Shown here piece by piece: positions 8,385 through 18,072 of a DNA stretch of 64,000 nucleotides. The notes under the pieces are model-generated. The model did not search any database and had not been told where the DNA came from. It was given only the letters and a program-made list of their open reading frames with translations. This DNA is from Devosia sp. (GTDB lineage Bacteria; Pseudomonadota; Alphaproteobacteria; Rhizobiales; Devosiaceae): NCBI GenBank assembly GCA_035565135.1, contig DATMSY010000021.1:17589-81588 (forward strand), written 5' to 3'. Within the stretch, counting starts at the first letter, position 1, and each line of letters opens with the position of its first letter. The translations under genes and the position numbers were made by a program.

Positions 8385-10460
8385 ATGACCAAGCGTGACA
8401 CAATCAGCCGGATTGCCACCGATGTGGGCGGCACCTTTACCGACCTCGTCTATTTCGAAACCGACAAGGCCACGGGGCGGCAAACGGTGCGGACGGAAAA
8501 ATCCGACACCACCCCGCCCAATTTCGAGCAGGGCGTGCTCAACGTCATCAAGAAGGCCGGCCTTTCCGTTGCCGAAGCCGATTTCTTCGCGCATGGCACC
8601 ACCGTCGTCATCAATGCGCTGACCGAGCGCAAGGGCGCCAAGGTCGGTCTGGTGACCACAACCGGCTTCCGCGACGTACTCGAAATCGCTCGTGGCAACC
8701 GTCCCGATTTCTTCAATCTCTCCTACGAAAAGCCGACGCCCTTCGTCGAGCGCTACCTGCGCCAGGAAATCGGCGGCCGCATGGACTATCGCGGCAATGA
8801 AGTAGCCCCGCTCGATCTCAGCGGCCTGCCTTCCATTCTCGACGGTTTCCGCGCCGATGGCGTGCAGGCGGTGGCCGTGTGCCTTATCCATGCCTATGCC
8901 AATCCGGCGCATGAAAAGGCAGTGCTCGAAGAAATCGCGCGCCTCTGGCCCGAAGTGGCGAGTGTCGCCTCCCACCAGATCACCCGCGAATGGCGCGAAT
9001 ACGAGCGCACCAGCACCACCGTGCTCTCGGCCTATGTGCAGCCCACCGCCCAGCGCTATCTCGAGCGCCTGGAAGCCGGCCTGCAGCAGGAAGGCTACCA
9101 GGGGCGCCTCTACATCATGCAGTCCAACTGCGGCGTAGATTCGCTGAACTCCACCAAGGCCATCCCGATCACCATGGTTGAGTCAGGACCCGCTTCCGGC
9201 TTCTGGGGCGCGGCGGAACTGGGCCGCATCATCGGCGAACCCAATGTGCTGGCGCTCGACATCGGCGGCACCACTGCCAAGTGCTCGCTGATCCAGAACG
9301 GACAGGTGTCCATCAAGACCGACTACTGGATCGAGCGTGACCGCAAGAGCGCCGGATATCCCATCATGGTCCCGGTGGTCGATCTGGTCGAAATCGGCAA
9401 TGGCGGCGGCTCGATCGCCTGGGTGGACGACTTCGAAAAACTCCATGTCGGCCCGCAATCGGCCGGCGCCATGCCCGGCCCGGCGGCCTATGGCCGCGGC
9501 GGCACCGACGCCACCACCACCGACGCCAATCTCGTGCTCGGTCGCATCAACCGCGACTATTTCTGCGGCGGCTCGGTGATCGCCGACATGGCCTCGGTCG
9601 ATAGCGCCCTCGGCACGCTGGCGAGCAAGCTCGGCGTCAGCCAGCAGGAAGCAGCCCGCGGCATTGTGCGCATCGCCAATGCCAATATGGTCAATGCGCT
9701 CAAGCTGGTCTCGCTCAACCGCGGCCACGATCCGCGCGATTTCACCCTCGTCGTCTTTGGCGGCGGCGGCGCCATGCATGGTGTCGCGCTCGGCCAGGAA
9801 CTGGGCGTCAAGAAGGTCGTCGTGCCGCGTGGCGCGCCGGTCTTTTCGGCCTGGGGCATGATGATGAGCGACCTGCGTCGCGACTATTTCGTCACCCGCC
9901 TGATGGACGGCACGGATCGTTCAGGTCTCGAAGCGCTGGTCGGCGAAATCGCCGGCTTTGCCACCGAACAATTCGGCAAGGACGGCGTTTCCCCCGACGC
10001 AGTCAAAATCCAGCCGCTGGTCAAGATGCGCTATCGCAATCAAGAACATTCGGTGGAAGTGCCGCTTGCTGCCGGCCCGCTCGATGACGCCCGCATTGCC
10101 GCGCTGATCGAGGATTTCCACGGCGTCTACGAGCGCGAATATACCTATCGCCTCGATGTCGCCGTCGAAATCGTGGGTATCCACATCATCGCCTCGGCCG
10201 AAGTGGGCAAGCTCGAAATGGTGCCGCAGCCGCGTACCGGAACGAAGCTGGAAGACGCCATCAAGGGCAGGCGCGACGTGGACTATGCCACCGAGGGCGT
10301 CTGCGAAGCGATCATTTACAATGCCGAAAAGCTCGAGCCAGGCATGGTCTTTACCGGCCCCGCCATTATCGAAGACCCTGGCACCACCATTGTCATCCAT
10401 CCCGGCAACCGGGTCGAAATCGACGATTTCGGCAATACCCAAATCCATCTGCGGAGCTGA
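8385..10460 (+). CDS. Hydantoinase/oxoprolinase family subunit A (ATP-dependent lactam hydrolase)
   Basis: DVGGTFTD, HGTTVVINAL, EYERTSTT, ESGPASG, DIGGTT and GPQSAGAMPGPAAYGRGG motifs. Confidence 0.95.
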   Translation: MTKRDTISRIATDVGGTFTDLVYFETDKATGRQTVRTEKSDTTPPNFEQGVLNVIKKAGLSVAEADFFAHGTTVVINALTERKGAKVGLVTTTGFRDVLEIARGNRPDFFNLSYEKPTPFVERYLRQEIGGRMDYRGNEVAPLDLSGLPSILDGFRADGVQAVAVCLIHAYANPAHEKAVLEEIARLWPEVASVASHQITREWREYERTSTTVLSAYVQPTAQRYLERLEAGLQQEGYQGRLYIMQSNCGVDSLNSTKAIPITMVESGPASGFWGAAELGRIIGEPNVLALDIGGTTAKCSLIQNGQVSIKTDYWIERDRKSAGYPIMVPVVDLVEIGNGGGSIAWVDDFEKLHVGPQSAGAMPGPAAYGRGGTDATTTDANLVLGRINRDYFCGGSVIADMASVDSALGTLASKLGVSQQEAARGIVRIANANMVNALKLVSLNRGHDPRDFTLVVFGGGGAMHGVALGQELGVKKVVVPRGAPVFSAWGMMMSDLRRDYFVTRLMDGTDRSGLEALVGEIAGFATEQFGKDGVSPDAVKIQPLVKMRYRNQEHSVEVPLAAGPLDDARIAALIEDFHGVYEREYTYRLDVAVEIVGIHIIASAEVGKLEMVPQPRTGTKLEDAIKGRRDVDYATEGVCEAIIYNAEKLEPGMVFTGPAIIEDPGTTIVIHPGNRVEIDDFGNTQIHLRS

Positions 10461-10463
10461 TCG

Positions 10464-12116
10464 ATGACCGCCTACGATCCCGTCACCTTCGACATTATCC
10501 AGAATGGCCTAGAAGCCGTCGCCGACGAAATGTTCGCGGCGCAGCGCAAGACCTCGATGAGCGCGATCATCTATGAAGTGCTCGATCTGGGCACCGGCAT
10601 TTGCGACGCACAGGGCGAAATCGCGGCCTCCGGCGCCGGCATTCCCGCTTTCGTCGGCGTGCTGGATAAAGCCGTCAAGCGCATGATCGAGAAGCATCCT
10701 GTCGAGACGATCAAGCCGGGCGATCTTTTCGCCTCCAACGACCCCTATTGGGGTGGCGTGACCCATCTCAACGACATGATCCTGGCCATGCCGGTCTTTG
10801 CCGACGGCAGGATCGTGGCCTGGACCGCCAATATCGCCCACTGGAACGACGTCGGCGGCAATGTGCCCGGCTCGATGTCGTCGGAAGCCACTGAAATCTA
10901 TCAGGAGGGCATTCGCATTCCGGCGGTCAAGCTGATCGACGCTGGCGTGCCCAACCAGGCCGTGTTCGATATCCTCTATGTCAACACCCGCCTGCCCGAC
11001 TTCCTGCGCGGGGACCTGTGGGCCGGCATTGCCGGCGTCCGCATCGGCGAAAGGCGCATTCTCGAAATGATCGAGAAATACGGCGCGGACACTTTCTCGG
11101 CCGCCATTGCCGACTTCATGGATCTCGGCGAACGCCGCGCCCGCGCGGCTCTCGCCACGATCAGGAACGGCATCTATCCCTTCGAGGAAGAGCAGGACAA
11201 TGGTGACATCCATAAGGTCGTCATCGAAATCACCGACGACGCCTTCATCATCGATCTGCGCGACAATCCCGACCAGAAAGGCTCAAGCAATTCCAGTCGC
11301 GAAGGTGTCGAGATTTCTGCCCAACTGGCGTTCAAGGCCTTTACCGATACCCAGGCGCCCGGCAATGGCGGGTTCTTCCGCCCGCTGCAATTGCTGACAC
11401 GCCCGGGCTCGGTCTTCCACGTCGTCGAACCAGGCGCGCTCGGCTATTATTCGGAAGTCGAGATCCGCGTTTTCGATCTCATCCTGCGCTGCCTCGCCCA
11501 TCATTTCCCGGGCGTGCTGCCGGCCGGCAATTTTGCCTCGATCTGCGGCACGGTCATTGGCGGCAAGCATCCCGATACCGGCCGCCACTATACCATTGTC
11601 GAGCCGCAGCTTGGCGGCTGGGGTGCTCTGCAGGGCCGCGATGGCAATAGTGCGATCTTTTCGGGCTTCCACGGCGATACGTTCAATTGTCCGGCCGAAG
11701 TCGCCGAGGCACGCTATGGCCTCAATGTCGACGAGCTGGCGCTCAATACCGACAAGGGCGGCGACGGCGCCTGGCGCGGCGGCAAGGGTATTTCGGTGCG
11801 CTATCGCGTCCGCGCCGACGATAACTTCCTCAGCGTCGGCTATACCCGCTCGCGCATCCCGCCATGGGGTCAGAACGGCGGCGATGACGGCTCGCCCAAT
11901 TATGTCGAAGTCTTGCGCCCCGGCAAGAAAACCGAACGCTATGCCTTCGCCACCAATGTGCCGCTCTCCAAGGACGACGTGGTGCATGTGGTGACCGGCG
12001 TCGGCGGCGGCTTCGGCCAGCCCGTCGACCGAAGCGAAGCCGCCGTGCGGCGCGACGTCAAGAATGGCTATATTGACGCCGAAACCGCAGCCAAGGTCTA
12101 TAACGTCACGATCTGA
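10464..12116 (+). CDS. Hydantoinase B/oxoprolinase family subunit B
   Basis: NDPYWGGVTHLND, HWNDVGG, EIYQEGIRIP and GGGFG motifs. Confidence 0.95.
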   Translation: MTAYDPVTFDIIQNGLEAVADEMFAAQRKTSMSAIIYEVLDLGTGICDAQGEIAASGAGIPAFVGVLDKAVKRMIEKHPVETIKPGDLFASNDPYWGGVTHLNDMILAMPVFADGRIVAWTANIAHWNDVGGNVPGSMSSEATEIYQEGIRIPAVKLIDAGVPNQAVFDILYVNTRLPDFLRGDLWAGIAGVRIGERRILEMIEKYGADTFSAAIADFMDLGERRARAALATIRNGIYPFEEEQDNGDIHKVVIEITDDAFIIDLRDNPDQKGSSNSSREGVEISAQLAFKAFTDTQAPGNGGFFRPLQLLTRPGSVFHVVEPGALGYYSEVEIRVFDLILRCLAHHFPGVLPAGNFASICGTVIGGKHPDTGRHYTIVEPQLGGWGALQGRDGNSAIFSGFHGDTFNCPAEVAEARYGLNVDELALNTDKGGDGAWRGGKGISVRYRVRADDNFLSVGYTRSRIPPWGQNGGDDGSPNYVEVLRPGKKTERYAFATNVPLSKDDVVHVVTGVGGGFGQPVDRSEAAVRRDVKNGYIDAETAAKVYNVTI

Positions 12117-12133
12117 AGCAGAAGGATGCGGCC

Positions 12134-13168
12134 ATGCGCTGGTCGAAGACCGTTACGATGGTGGAAGCCCATGCCGAGGGCGAAGTCGGGCGCATTGTCA
12201 CCGGCGGCGTGATCGACGTGCCGGGCGCAACAATCGCCGACAAGCTCCGGCATCTCAACGAGGTGGACGACAGCCTGCGCCGCTTCCTGGTGTTCGAACC
12301 GCGGGCTTCCGCGCAGATGAGCACTTGCCTCGTCTTCCCCCCGACCCGCCCCGACGCCGATATCGGCTTCATCATCCTGCAGGGCGACAAGGCGCATGCC
12401 ATGTCGGGCTCCAATTCGATCTGCCTTGTCACCACCGTGCTCGAAACCGGCATGCTACCGATGACCGAGCCGGAAACCATCGTGCGCATCGATACCGCCT
12501 CCGGCCTCGTGACGGCCCGCGCCACCTGCAGCAACGGCAAGGTCGAGCGCGTGACGCTGACCATGAACCCCTCCTATGCCCATGAACTCGACGCGGCCGT
12601 GGACGTCGAAGGCTTCGGCAAGATCAAGGTCGATATCTCCTATGGCGGCATTTTCTATGCCCTGATCGACCCGGCGCAGTTCGGCCTCGAAATCCGCCCG
12701 CAGCTTGCCAAAAAACTTGTCGAGGCGGGCAGCGCCGTGCATCGCGCGGTCAATAAGCAGATGGACATTGCCCATCCCGAATTGCCCGGGATGAAGGGCA
12801 TTTCCTATACGATGTTCGTCAGCCACAACGAGGCGGGCGAACTCAAGGGCGCAACCATCATGCCGCCCGGCCGCATCGACCGCTCGCCCTGCGGCACCGG
12901 CAATTCGGCCCGTCTCGCCGTCGCCGCCGCTCGCGGCCTTGCCAAGCCCGGCGACCGTTTCACCGCCCGCTCGATCATCGATTCGACCTTTGAAGTGCAT
13001 TATGCCAGCGACACCACCGTCGCCAGCCGCCCCGCCGTGCAGCCCATCATCTCGGGCCGCGGCTGGATTCACGGCATCCACCAGATCGGTGTCGACCCCA
13101 CCGACCCCTATCCGCACGGTTTTTCCGTCTCCGACACCTGGGGCGACGCCTTCGACCTGATGAATTGA
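12134..13168 (+). CDS. Proline racemase superfamily protein with a Ser/Cys catalytic pair
   Basis: HAEGEVGR, FEPR, MSGSN in place of MCGH, DRSPCGTG. Confidence 0.9.
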   Translation: MRWSKTVTMVEAHAEGEVGRIVTGGVIDVPGATIADKLRHLNEVDDSLRRFLVFEPRASAQMSTCLVFPPTRPDADIGFIILQGDKAHAMSGSNSICLVTTVLETGMLPMTEPETIVRIDTASGLVTARATCSNGKVERVTLTMNPSYAHELDAAVDVEGFGKIKVDISYGGIFYALIDPAQFGLEIRPQLAKKLVEAGSAVHRAVNKQMDIAHPELPGMKGISYTMFVSHNEAGELKGATIMPPGRIDRSPCGTGNSARLAVAAARGLAKPGDRFTARSIIDSTFEVHYASDTTVASRPAVQPIISGRGWIHGIHQIGVDPTDPYPHGFSVSDTWGDAFDLMN

Positions 13169-13176
13169 CGATAGGT

Positions 13177-13201
13177 CCCGCGGGCGCTCAGTGTCCGCGG
13201 G
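13177..13201 (+). terminator. Hairpin after the racemase-family gene
   Basis: cccgcgggcgc-tca-gtgtccgcggg (with G-U pairs); no U-tract. Confidence 0.4.
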
Positions 13202-13319
13202 CTACGGCATTCCCGGCCAATGTTCCGCGACCCATATTGCCATTGCGCCCATGTCGGTCGGCTCGGTTGTATCCACTGTGAAGACGGGGCCGCGGCCCAT
13301 AGGCTCGGCCCGCGCGGTC

Positions 13320-13432
13320 AGTTCGGCCAACAGTTGGCCGATGTCGACGTGCTGATCACCAATGGCGACCCCGTTCCGCGTTTCGAAGATCCTGCCGCGC
13401 TGCAGCGGACCCGCGTCATCGCCCTGCCCTAA
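13320..13432 (+). pseudogene. Possible remnant of a DeoR/GlpR-type regulator C-terminus
   Basis: LADVDVLITNGDPVPRF resembles the DeoR C-terminal D-h-LIT-D/N pattern; the upstream part of the 70-aa ORF does not look coding. Confidence 0.25.
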
Positions 13433-13476
13433 GGCAGAATCGACATTCAGCTCGAAACAGGAGTTTGGCGCGGTGT

Positions 13477-13526
13477 CACCTCTCCCTTGGGGGAGAGGTC
13501 GGCCCGCTTGGGCCGGGTGAGGGGGT
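13477..13526. repeat. REP-like double-hairpin intergenic element
   Basis: acctctccc-ttgg-gggagaggt hairpin followed by ggccc-gctt-gggcc and gggtgaggggg; resembles rhizobial extragenic palindromes; single copy in this window. Confidence 0.6.
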
Positions 13527-13557
13527 CTTTCCGCTGCTCAGCGTCGGGATGGCTGGC

Positions 13558-15216
13558 TCAGCTCGCATCGTTTTGGTTGCGAAGGCGGCTTTCGCCCAGC
13601 AGCCCCAGTTCATCGAGGATGGGATAGGCCACCGATGCCAGATGGGCATTGATGCGCTTGAGATCGCGTAGCAAGTCGAGGTGGATCGAGCTTGTTTCGA
13701 GACTCTCGCTCAACCCCTCCCGCATGCGCTCCATGTGCCGGTGGGCGGAGCGCGCCTCCAGCTTGCGGATTTCGATCTTGAGGTTCACCAGGCGCGCCGC
13801 CAGCGCGGGATCGCGCGACATGAAGATCGCCTGCGCCATCTGCAAATTCTCCCGCGTCTGCTCGAAGAATTCGCAGATTTCAGTCAGCCCCTCGGCGGAC
13901 AGCGACAGTTTCCTGCGCGCCTTCTTGGCCGCGATTTCGGCCAGGCCCCGCTTGGTGATATCGCCCACATGCTCGAGATTGATGGCATAGGACATAACCT
14001 CGCTGGCGCGCTGCCTGTCTTCCTCGTCGAGATCCGCTCGGCTCACCCGGGCGACATAGAGCTTGATGGATTCGTGCAGCCGGTCGACCTCCGCTTCCAG
14101 CCGGGAGACCGTCTCATAGGGCGCGGCATCGGAATTGCGCACCGACAGCAAAGTCTGGTCCAGCATCTCGCCAACGAGGTCGCCCATGCGCAAGGTCTCG
14201 CGCGCTGCCACGGCCAGCGCCATGTCGGGAACCGACAACAGGCTCTCGTCGAGATAGGTTGCGACCTGGTTGTTTCCGCTAGCGCGCTCCGGCGTCAGCA
14301 ATTCGGCCAGACGTGCCACCGGGCCGAGCAGCGGCAGGAAGACGACAAGCAACATGGCGTTGAAAATCAGGTGCGCCGAGGCCACCAGCGCGGCGCCATC
14401 GGGAACCAAGCGCGTCATTTGCGCGGCCATGGGATCGGCCAGCACAAGCACCACCAGCGTTCCCAGCCCCCGCACCAGCAGGTTTGCCAGGGTCAACCGT
14501 TGCGCCGCCAGCCCCTCGCCGCGCACCGCCAGATAGGGCGGAACGGCGCCGCCGAGATTGGCGCCCGCGACCAGCCACAAGGCCAGGGTGGGTTCGACAA
14601 TGCCGCTGGCCGCTAGCATCATGACCAGCACGACCACGGCCAGGGACGACGACGCCAGCACTGCCAGCCCCGCCGACAGCAGCACCGCGAAAACCGGCGC
14701 ATCCCCAAGCCCGGCAAGCACAGTCGCGACCAGCTCGGATTCGCGCAGCGGCGCCGTGACGCCGCTGAGCAGGTGCAGCGCCAGGAGCATGAAGCCCAGG
14801 CCCAGGATGGCGCGGCCGAGATTGCGGTTGCGCGTGCCTTGCGCGACGCTGAACACGACCACGCCCATGAAGAGGAAGGCGCTACCGATCCAATGGACAT
14901 CCGCCGACAGGATCAGCGTCACCACGGCAGTGCCCAGATTGGCCCCCAGCATCATGGCTTGCGCCAGGCGCGGCCGGACGATATCGCGCGCAGTGAAAGA
15001 CGCGATGATGACCGCGGTCGCCGTGCTGGACTGCAGCCCGAGCGTCACCACGAAACCCCAGAATGCCGCCACGACCCTGTTCTTGGCCCCTCTGCCGATC
15101 CATTGGCGCAGCAGGGTTCCATAGGCCTTCAACACGCCTGTCTTGATCATGCGCAGGCCCCAGAGCAATAGAGCGGTCGCACCGAGCAGGTCGACCAGAT
15201 GAATCGTGGAGTCCAA
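13558..15216 (-). CDS. Na/Pi cotransporter family protein with C-terminal PhoU-like domains (YjbB-like)
   Basis: LQSSTAT, LGANLG (twice), AHLIFN, NLEHVGDI and HLDLLRDLKRINAH motifs; TTG start after AGAAGGG. Confidence 0.9.
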   Translation of the reverse strand: MDSTIHLVDLLGATALLLWGLRMIKTGVLKAYGTLLRQWIGRGAKNRVVAAFWGFVVTLGLQSSTATAVIIASFTARDIVRPRLAQAMMLGANLGTAVVTLILSADVHWIGSAFLFMGVVVFSVAQGTRNRNLGRAILGLGFMLLALHLLSGVTAPLRESELVATVLAGLGDAPVFAVLLSAGLAVLASSSLAVVVLVMMLAASGIVEPTLALWLVAGANLGGAVPPYLAVRGEGLAAQRLTLANLLVRGLGTLVVLVLADPMAAQMTRLVPDGAALVASAHLIFNAMLLVVFLPLLGPVARLAELLTPERASGNNQVATYLDESLLSVPDMALAVAARETLRMGDLVGEMLDQTLLSVRNSDAAPYETVSRLEAEVDRLHESIKLYVARVSRADLDEEDRQRASEVMSYAINLEHVGDITKRGLAEIAAKKARRKLSLSAEGLTEICEFFEQTRENLQMAQAIFMSRDPALAARLVNLKIEIRKLEARSAHRHMERMREGLSESLETSSIHLDLLRDLKRINAHLASVAYPILDELGLLGESRLRNQNDAS

Positions 15217-15265
15217 GGCGAGACCCTTCTGTCTGAGGACGTCAGAACGGCGAAGCTGACATAGA

Positions 15266-15281
15266 TTGCACACCTTTGCAA
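15266..15281. promoter_or_regulatory. Putative LacI operator TTGCACACCTTTGCAA
   Basis: Matches the TTGCA-N6-TGCAA family; lies between the divergent Na/Pi transporter and lacI genes. Confidence 0.65.
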
Positions 15282-15455
15282 ACACGAGTGGATATCCGCG
15301 CAAAAATAATGCCAGCCGGCAGCATCGAGCAGCGAATGAACTTGCAATTTTTGCCGGATTTCCTCAAACATTCGCAGCGAAACCCGCTTTGCGAGCGTTC
15401 TGTTCAAACAGACAACCCTGTGCAATAAACGCCTGAGTGAGATGAGGAGCAGCCC

Positions 15456-16472
15456 GTGACCAGCGCGAAGTTGAAACTGAAAAAGGCTTCGATCAGCGCC
15501 GATAAGGTGGCCGAGCGCGCCGGCGTTTCCCGATCGGCCGTGTCGCGTGCGTTCACCGATGGCGCCAGCGTGTCCCCCGAGACCCGCGCGAAGGTCATCG
15601 CCGCGGCAAACGAGCTGGGCTATCACGTCAACCACCTGGCGCGTGGCCTCATCCGCCACCGCACGGGCATCGTCTGTCTGATCGTCGCCGAGATGCAGAC
15701 GCCCTTTCAGGCAACGATCGTCGAGATGGCAACCCGCCGGCTGCAGGCGATCGGCAAGGTGGTGATGGTATTAAATACCGCCGGCCAGCCGGAAAATGTC
15801 GAGGCTGCGCTGCGTCAGACCCTTAACTACCGGGCGGACGCGACCGTCGTCGTTTCCGGATCCCCGCCGGCATCCCTGATCGATACCTGCATCGACAATG
15901 GCCAGCGCGTCATTCTGATCAACCGCGACGACCCACTGGTCGGCCCCGAATTCATTTCCGTCGAGAACGAAAGCGCCGCCCGCGAAGCCTGTCTGATGCT
16001 GGAGCGGGCGGGCTGTCGCAGACTGGCCGTGGTCAGCTCCACCGCCGGCACGCCCAGCCTGATGAAGCGCGAACGGGCATTCATTGCCACCGCAGCCGAA
16101 ATCGGGCTCGAAGCCACTGTGTGCCGCGCCGGGCCCACAGGTTACGCGACCGGTGCCGATGGCGCGCGCCAGCTCCTTGCCGCCTCGAACCGGCCCGATG
16201 GCGTCTTCTGCGTCACCGATCTATTGGCGCTGGGCTTCCTGGACGCGGCTCGCCTCGAATTTCGCATGAAAGTGCCGGACGATCTCTGCGTGGTCGGCTT
16301 CGACGATATTTCCGAAGCCGGATGGCTCGGATATGACCTGACGACGTTCCGACAACCCCTGAGCGAGATCGTCAATCACATCGCCCTCATCGTCGAGCGC
16401 GAAGACGAGACGCCCGGCCCTCCGATCAGCTTGCCGACGCGCGTTGTGTGGCGAAAGACCGTTCGTCCGTGA
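15456..16472 (+). CDS. LacI-family transcriptional regulator
   Basis: VAERAGVSRSAVSR HTH, YHVNHLARGL hinge, VPDDLCVVGFDD, LTTFRQP. Confidence 0.95.
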   Translation: MTSAKLKLKKASISADKVAERAGVSRSAVSRAFTDGASVSPETRAKVIAAANELGYHVNHLARGLIRHRTGIVCLIVAEMQTPFQATIVEMATRRLQAIGKVVMVLNTAGQPENVEAALRQTLNYRADATVVVSGSPPASLIDTCIDNGQRVILINRDDPLVGPEFISVENESAAREACLMLERAGCRRLAVVSSTAGTPSLMKRERAFIATAAEIGLEATVCRAGPTGYATGADGARQLLAASNRPDGVFCVTDLLALGFLDAARLEFRMKVPDDLCVVGFDDISEAGWLGYDLTTFRQPLSEIVNHIALIVEREDETPGPPISLPTRVVWRKTVRP

Positions 16473-18072
16473 TCACGGCATGCGGAGACGAGGATACAGC
16501 GAGGCTGGGCAGCAGGATCGAATAATCCTCATTGGGCAAGCGGTCGATATAAATGCCCAATAAGGCAATCACTTCCGCCATGGATGCCGCCAGCCCGCTT
16601 CGTTCCCCCGGCGCTGCCAGCCGGCACAGCCTTCGATAGAAGGACAATCGCTGCCGGCCCACATCCCGCCGGCCAAGTTCGCCGGCCTTGCGCAACCGAT
16701 ACCAGTCCTGGACAAACTCGGTCAGCGGATAATCCCATTCCGGTTCGTCCGCCAGGTTCAACAGACCCAATAGGTCGGACATGGTGCCTTGGCGGATGAA
16801 GGCGGCCATCTCCTCCGGCCATTCCCGCGGCAGATAGCGATTATGCACCAATTCGCGCAGATGACGGTCCATGAACTGGCCATGGTTGGCCGCACGACAC
16901 GCCGCCGGCGGCAACGCTCCAGCCTGCTTCGCCTCGTTTTGATAAGCGATATAGGCCGCATCAAAACCCTCCGCCTCAACCAGCGGAATGGTGGTAACGG
17001 CAATCTCTGCAGCCGATTGCGTGACGAGCTTCAGCGCCGCGCCATAGCCCACGGGCGACGGCACGGCAATATTGATGAAGCCACCATGCGCCGACACATG
17101 GCGTGCCGTGTCGTTGACATGCAGGTGGCCCGAAAAATGCAGCTGCACACCCGTCCGCGCGAAGGCTGCCGTTGCCCTGGCCGATGGCAGGCGCCGGGCC
17201 AGGGCCGAGGCGGTGAGGAGCGTCCGTTCGCGCTCGTCTGCCCCTCCGAAAACATCGACAACCGGATAGTGCGAAAAGGCAACCAGCGCCTTGCCCTGTT
17301 CGCGGGCACGCCGGGCGACATCGCTCATCCATGGCAAAAGATGTGCGCGATGGTTCATCACAGCGTCCCAGCCGCCATCGGTCGGGTCGAAAAAGCTTCC
17401 GGGATCATCAAGCGATACCGCGCCACTGCGCGGCACGCAGACATTGGCGTCGATCGATAACACCCACAGCCCTGGGACCGGCTCCACCAGATAGGAGGCA
17501 TCCACCATGGTGCACGCTGCCGTTCCGTCCGGGCTCGTCACCCGATAGCTGCGCCGCTCCCAGGCGGGATCTGTGCCGAAGGGGCTTTCCCAGTAGAGAT
17601 CGCCTGCCTGCGGCTGATAGCCCAGCAACGAGCACAGTTCCAGTGCCGGCGCCGTGCCCATGGTGCGCGCCTCCGGACAATCCGCACTGTCGAGCAGGAC
17701 GGAATCGCCATTCGGCAGCAGGAAGGCCTTGCGCTGGGGCCGGCCCTCCAGGGCGAAGAAGTCGTGATTGCCCGGGGTAGCAAAGACCCGCAAGCCATGG
17801 CGGGTGTGAAATTCCTCGATAATGGCGAGCGCAGCGTCGATATTGGGCCGCTGGCCATCATCGGTCAGGTCGCCCGCAAGCAGGACGACTTTAATGCCGG
17901 CATCGACAACGCGCTGCAGCGCCGCCCGAAAGGCCGGAACGCTTTCGTTGAACACGCGCGTCGACGCCGCCGTATCGGCAAAACTGCGCACCGCCCCCGT
18001 CAGCGGACTTCCCGTCGGCACCCAATCGCAAGCATGGACATGAGGGTCGGCAATGACGGCGTAGCGGATCAA
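16426..18072 (-). CDS. Calcineurin-like metallophosphoesterase, no signal peptide
   Basis: DPH, GDLTD, GNHD, SHYP and SGHLH metal-binding motifs; 3' end overlaps the convergent lacI by 47 bp. Confidence 0.9.
   Translation of the reverse strand: MIRYAVIADPHVHACDWVPTGSPLTGAVRSFADTAASTRVFNESVPAFRAALQRVVDAGIKVVLLAGDLTDDGQRPNIDAALAIIEEFHTRHGLRVFATPGNHDFFALEGRPQRKAFLLPNGDSVLLDSADCPEARTMGTAPALELCSLLGYQPQAGDLYWESPFGTDPAWERRSYRVTSPDGTAACTMVDASYLVEPVPGLWVLSIDANVCVPRSGAVSLDDPGSFFDPTDGGWDAVMNHRAHLLPWMSDVARRAREQGKALVAFSHYPVVDVFGGADERERTLLTASALARRLPSARATAAFARTGVQLHFSGHLHVNDTARHVSAHGGFINIAVPSPVGYGAALKLVTQSAAEIAVTTIPLVEAEGFDAAYIAYQNEAKQAGALPPAACRAANHGQFMDRHLRELVHNRYLPREWPEEMAAFIRQGTMSDLLGLLNLADEPEWDYPLTEFVQDWYRLRKAGELGRRDVGRQRLSFYRRLCRLAAPGERSGLAASMAEVIALLGIYIDRLPNEDYSILLPSLAVSSSPHAVITDERSFATQRASAS

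Noticed and set aside
16426-16472. 47-bp convergent overlap of lacI and the metallophosphoesterase as an antisense control device
   Set aside because: The overlap is real, but short tail-to-tail overlaps are common and there is no evidence of function
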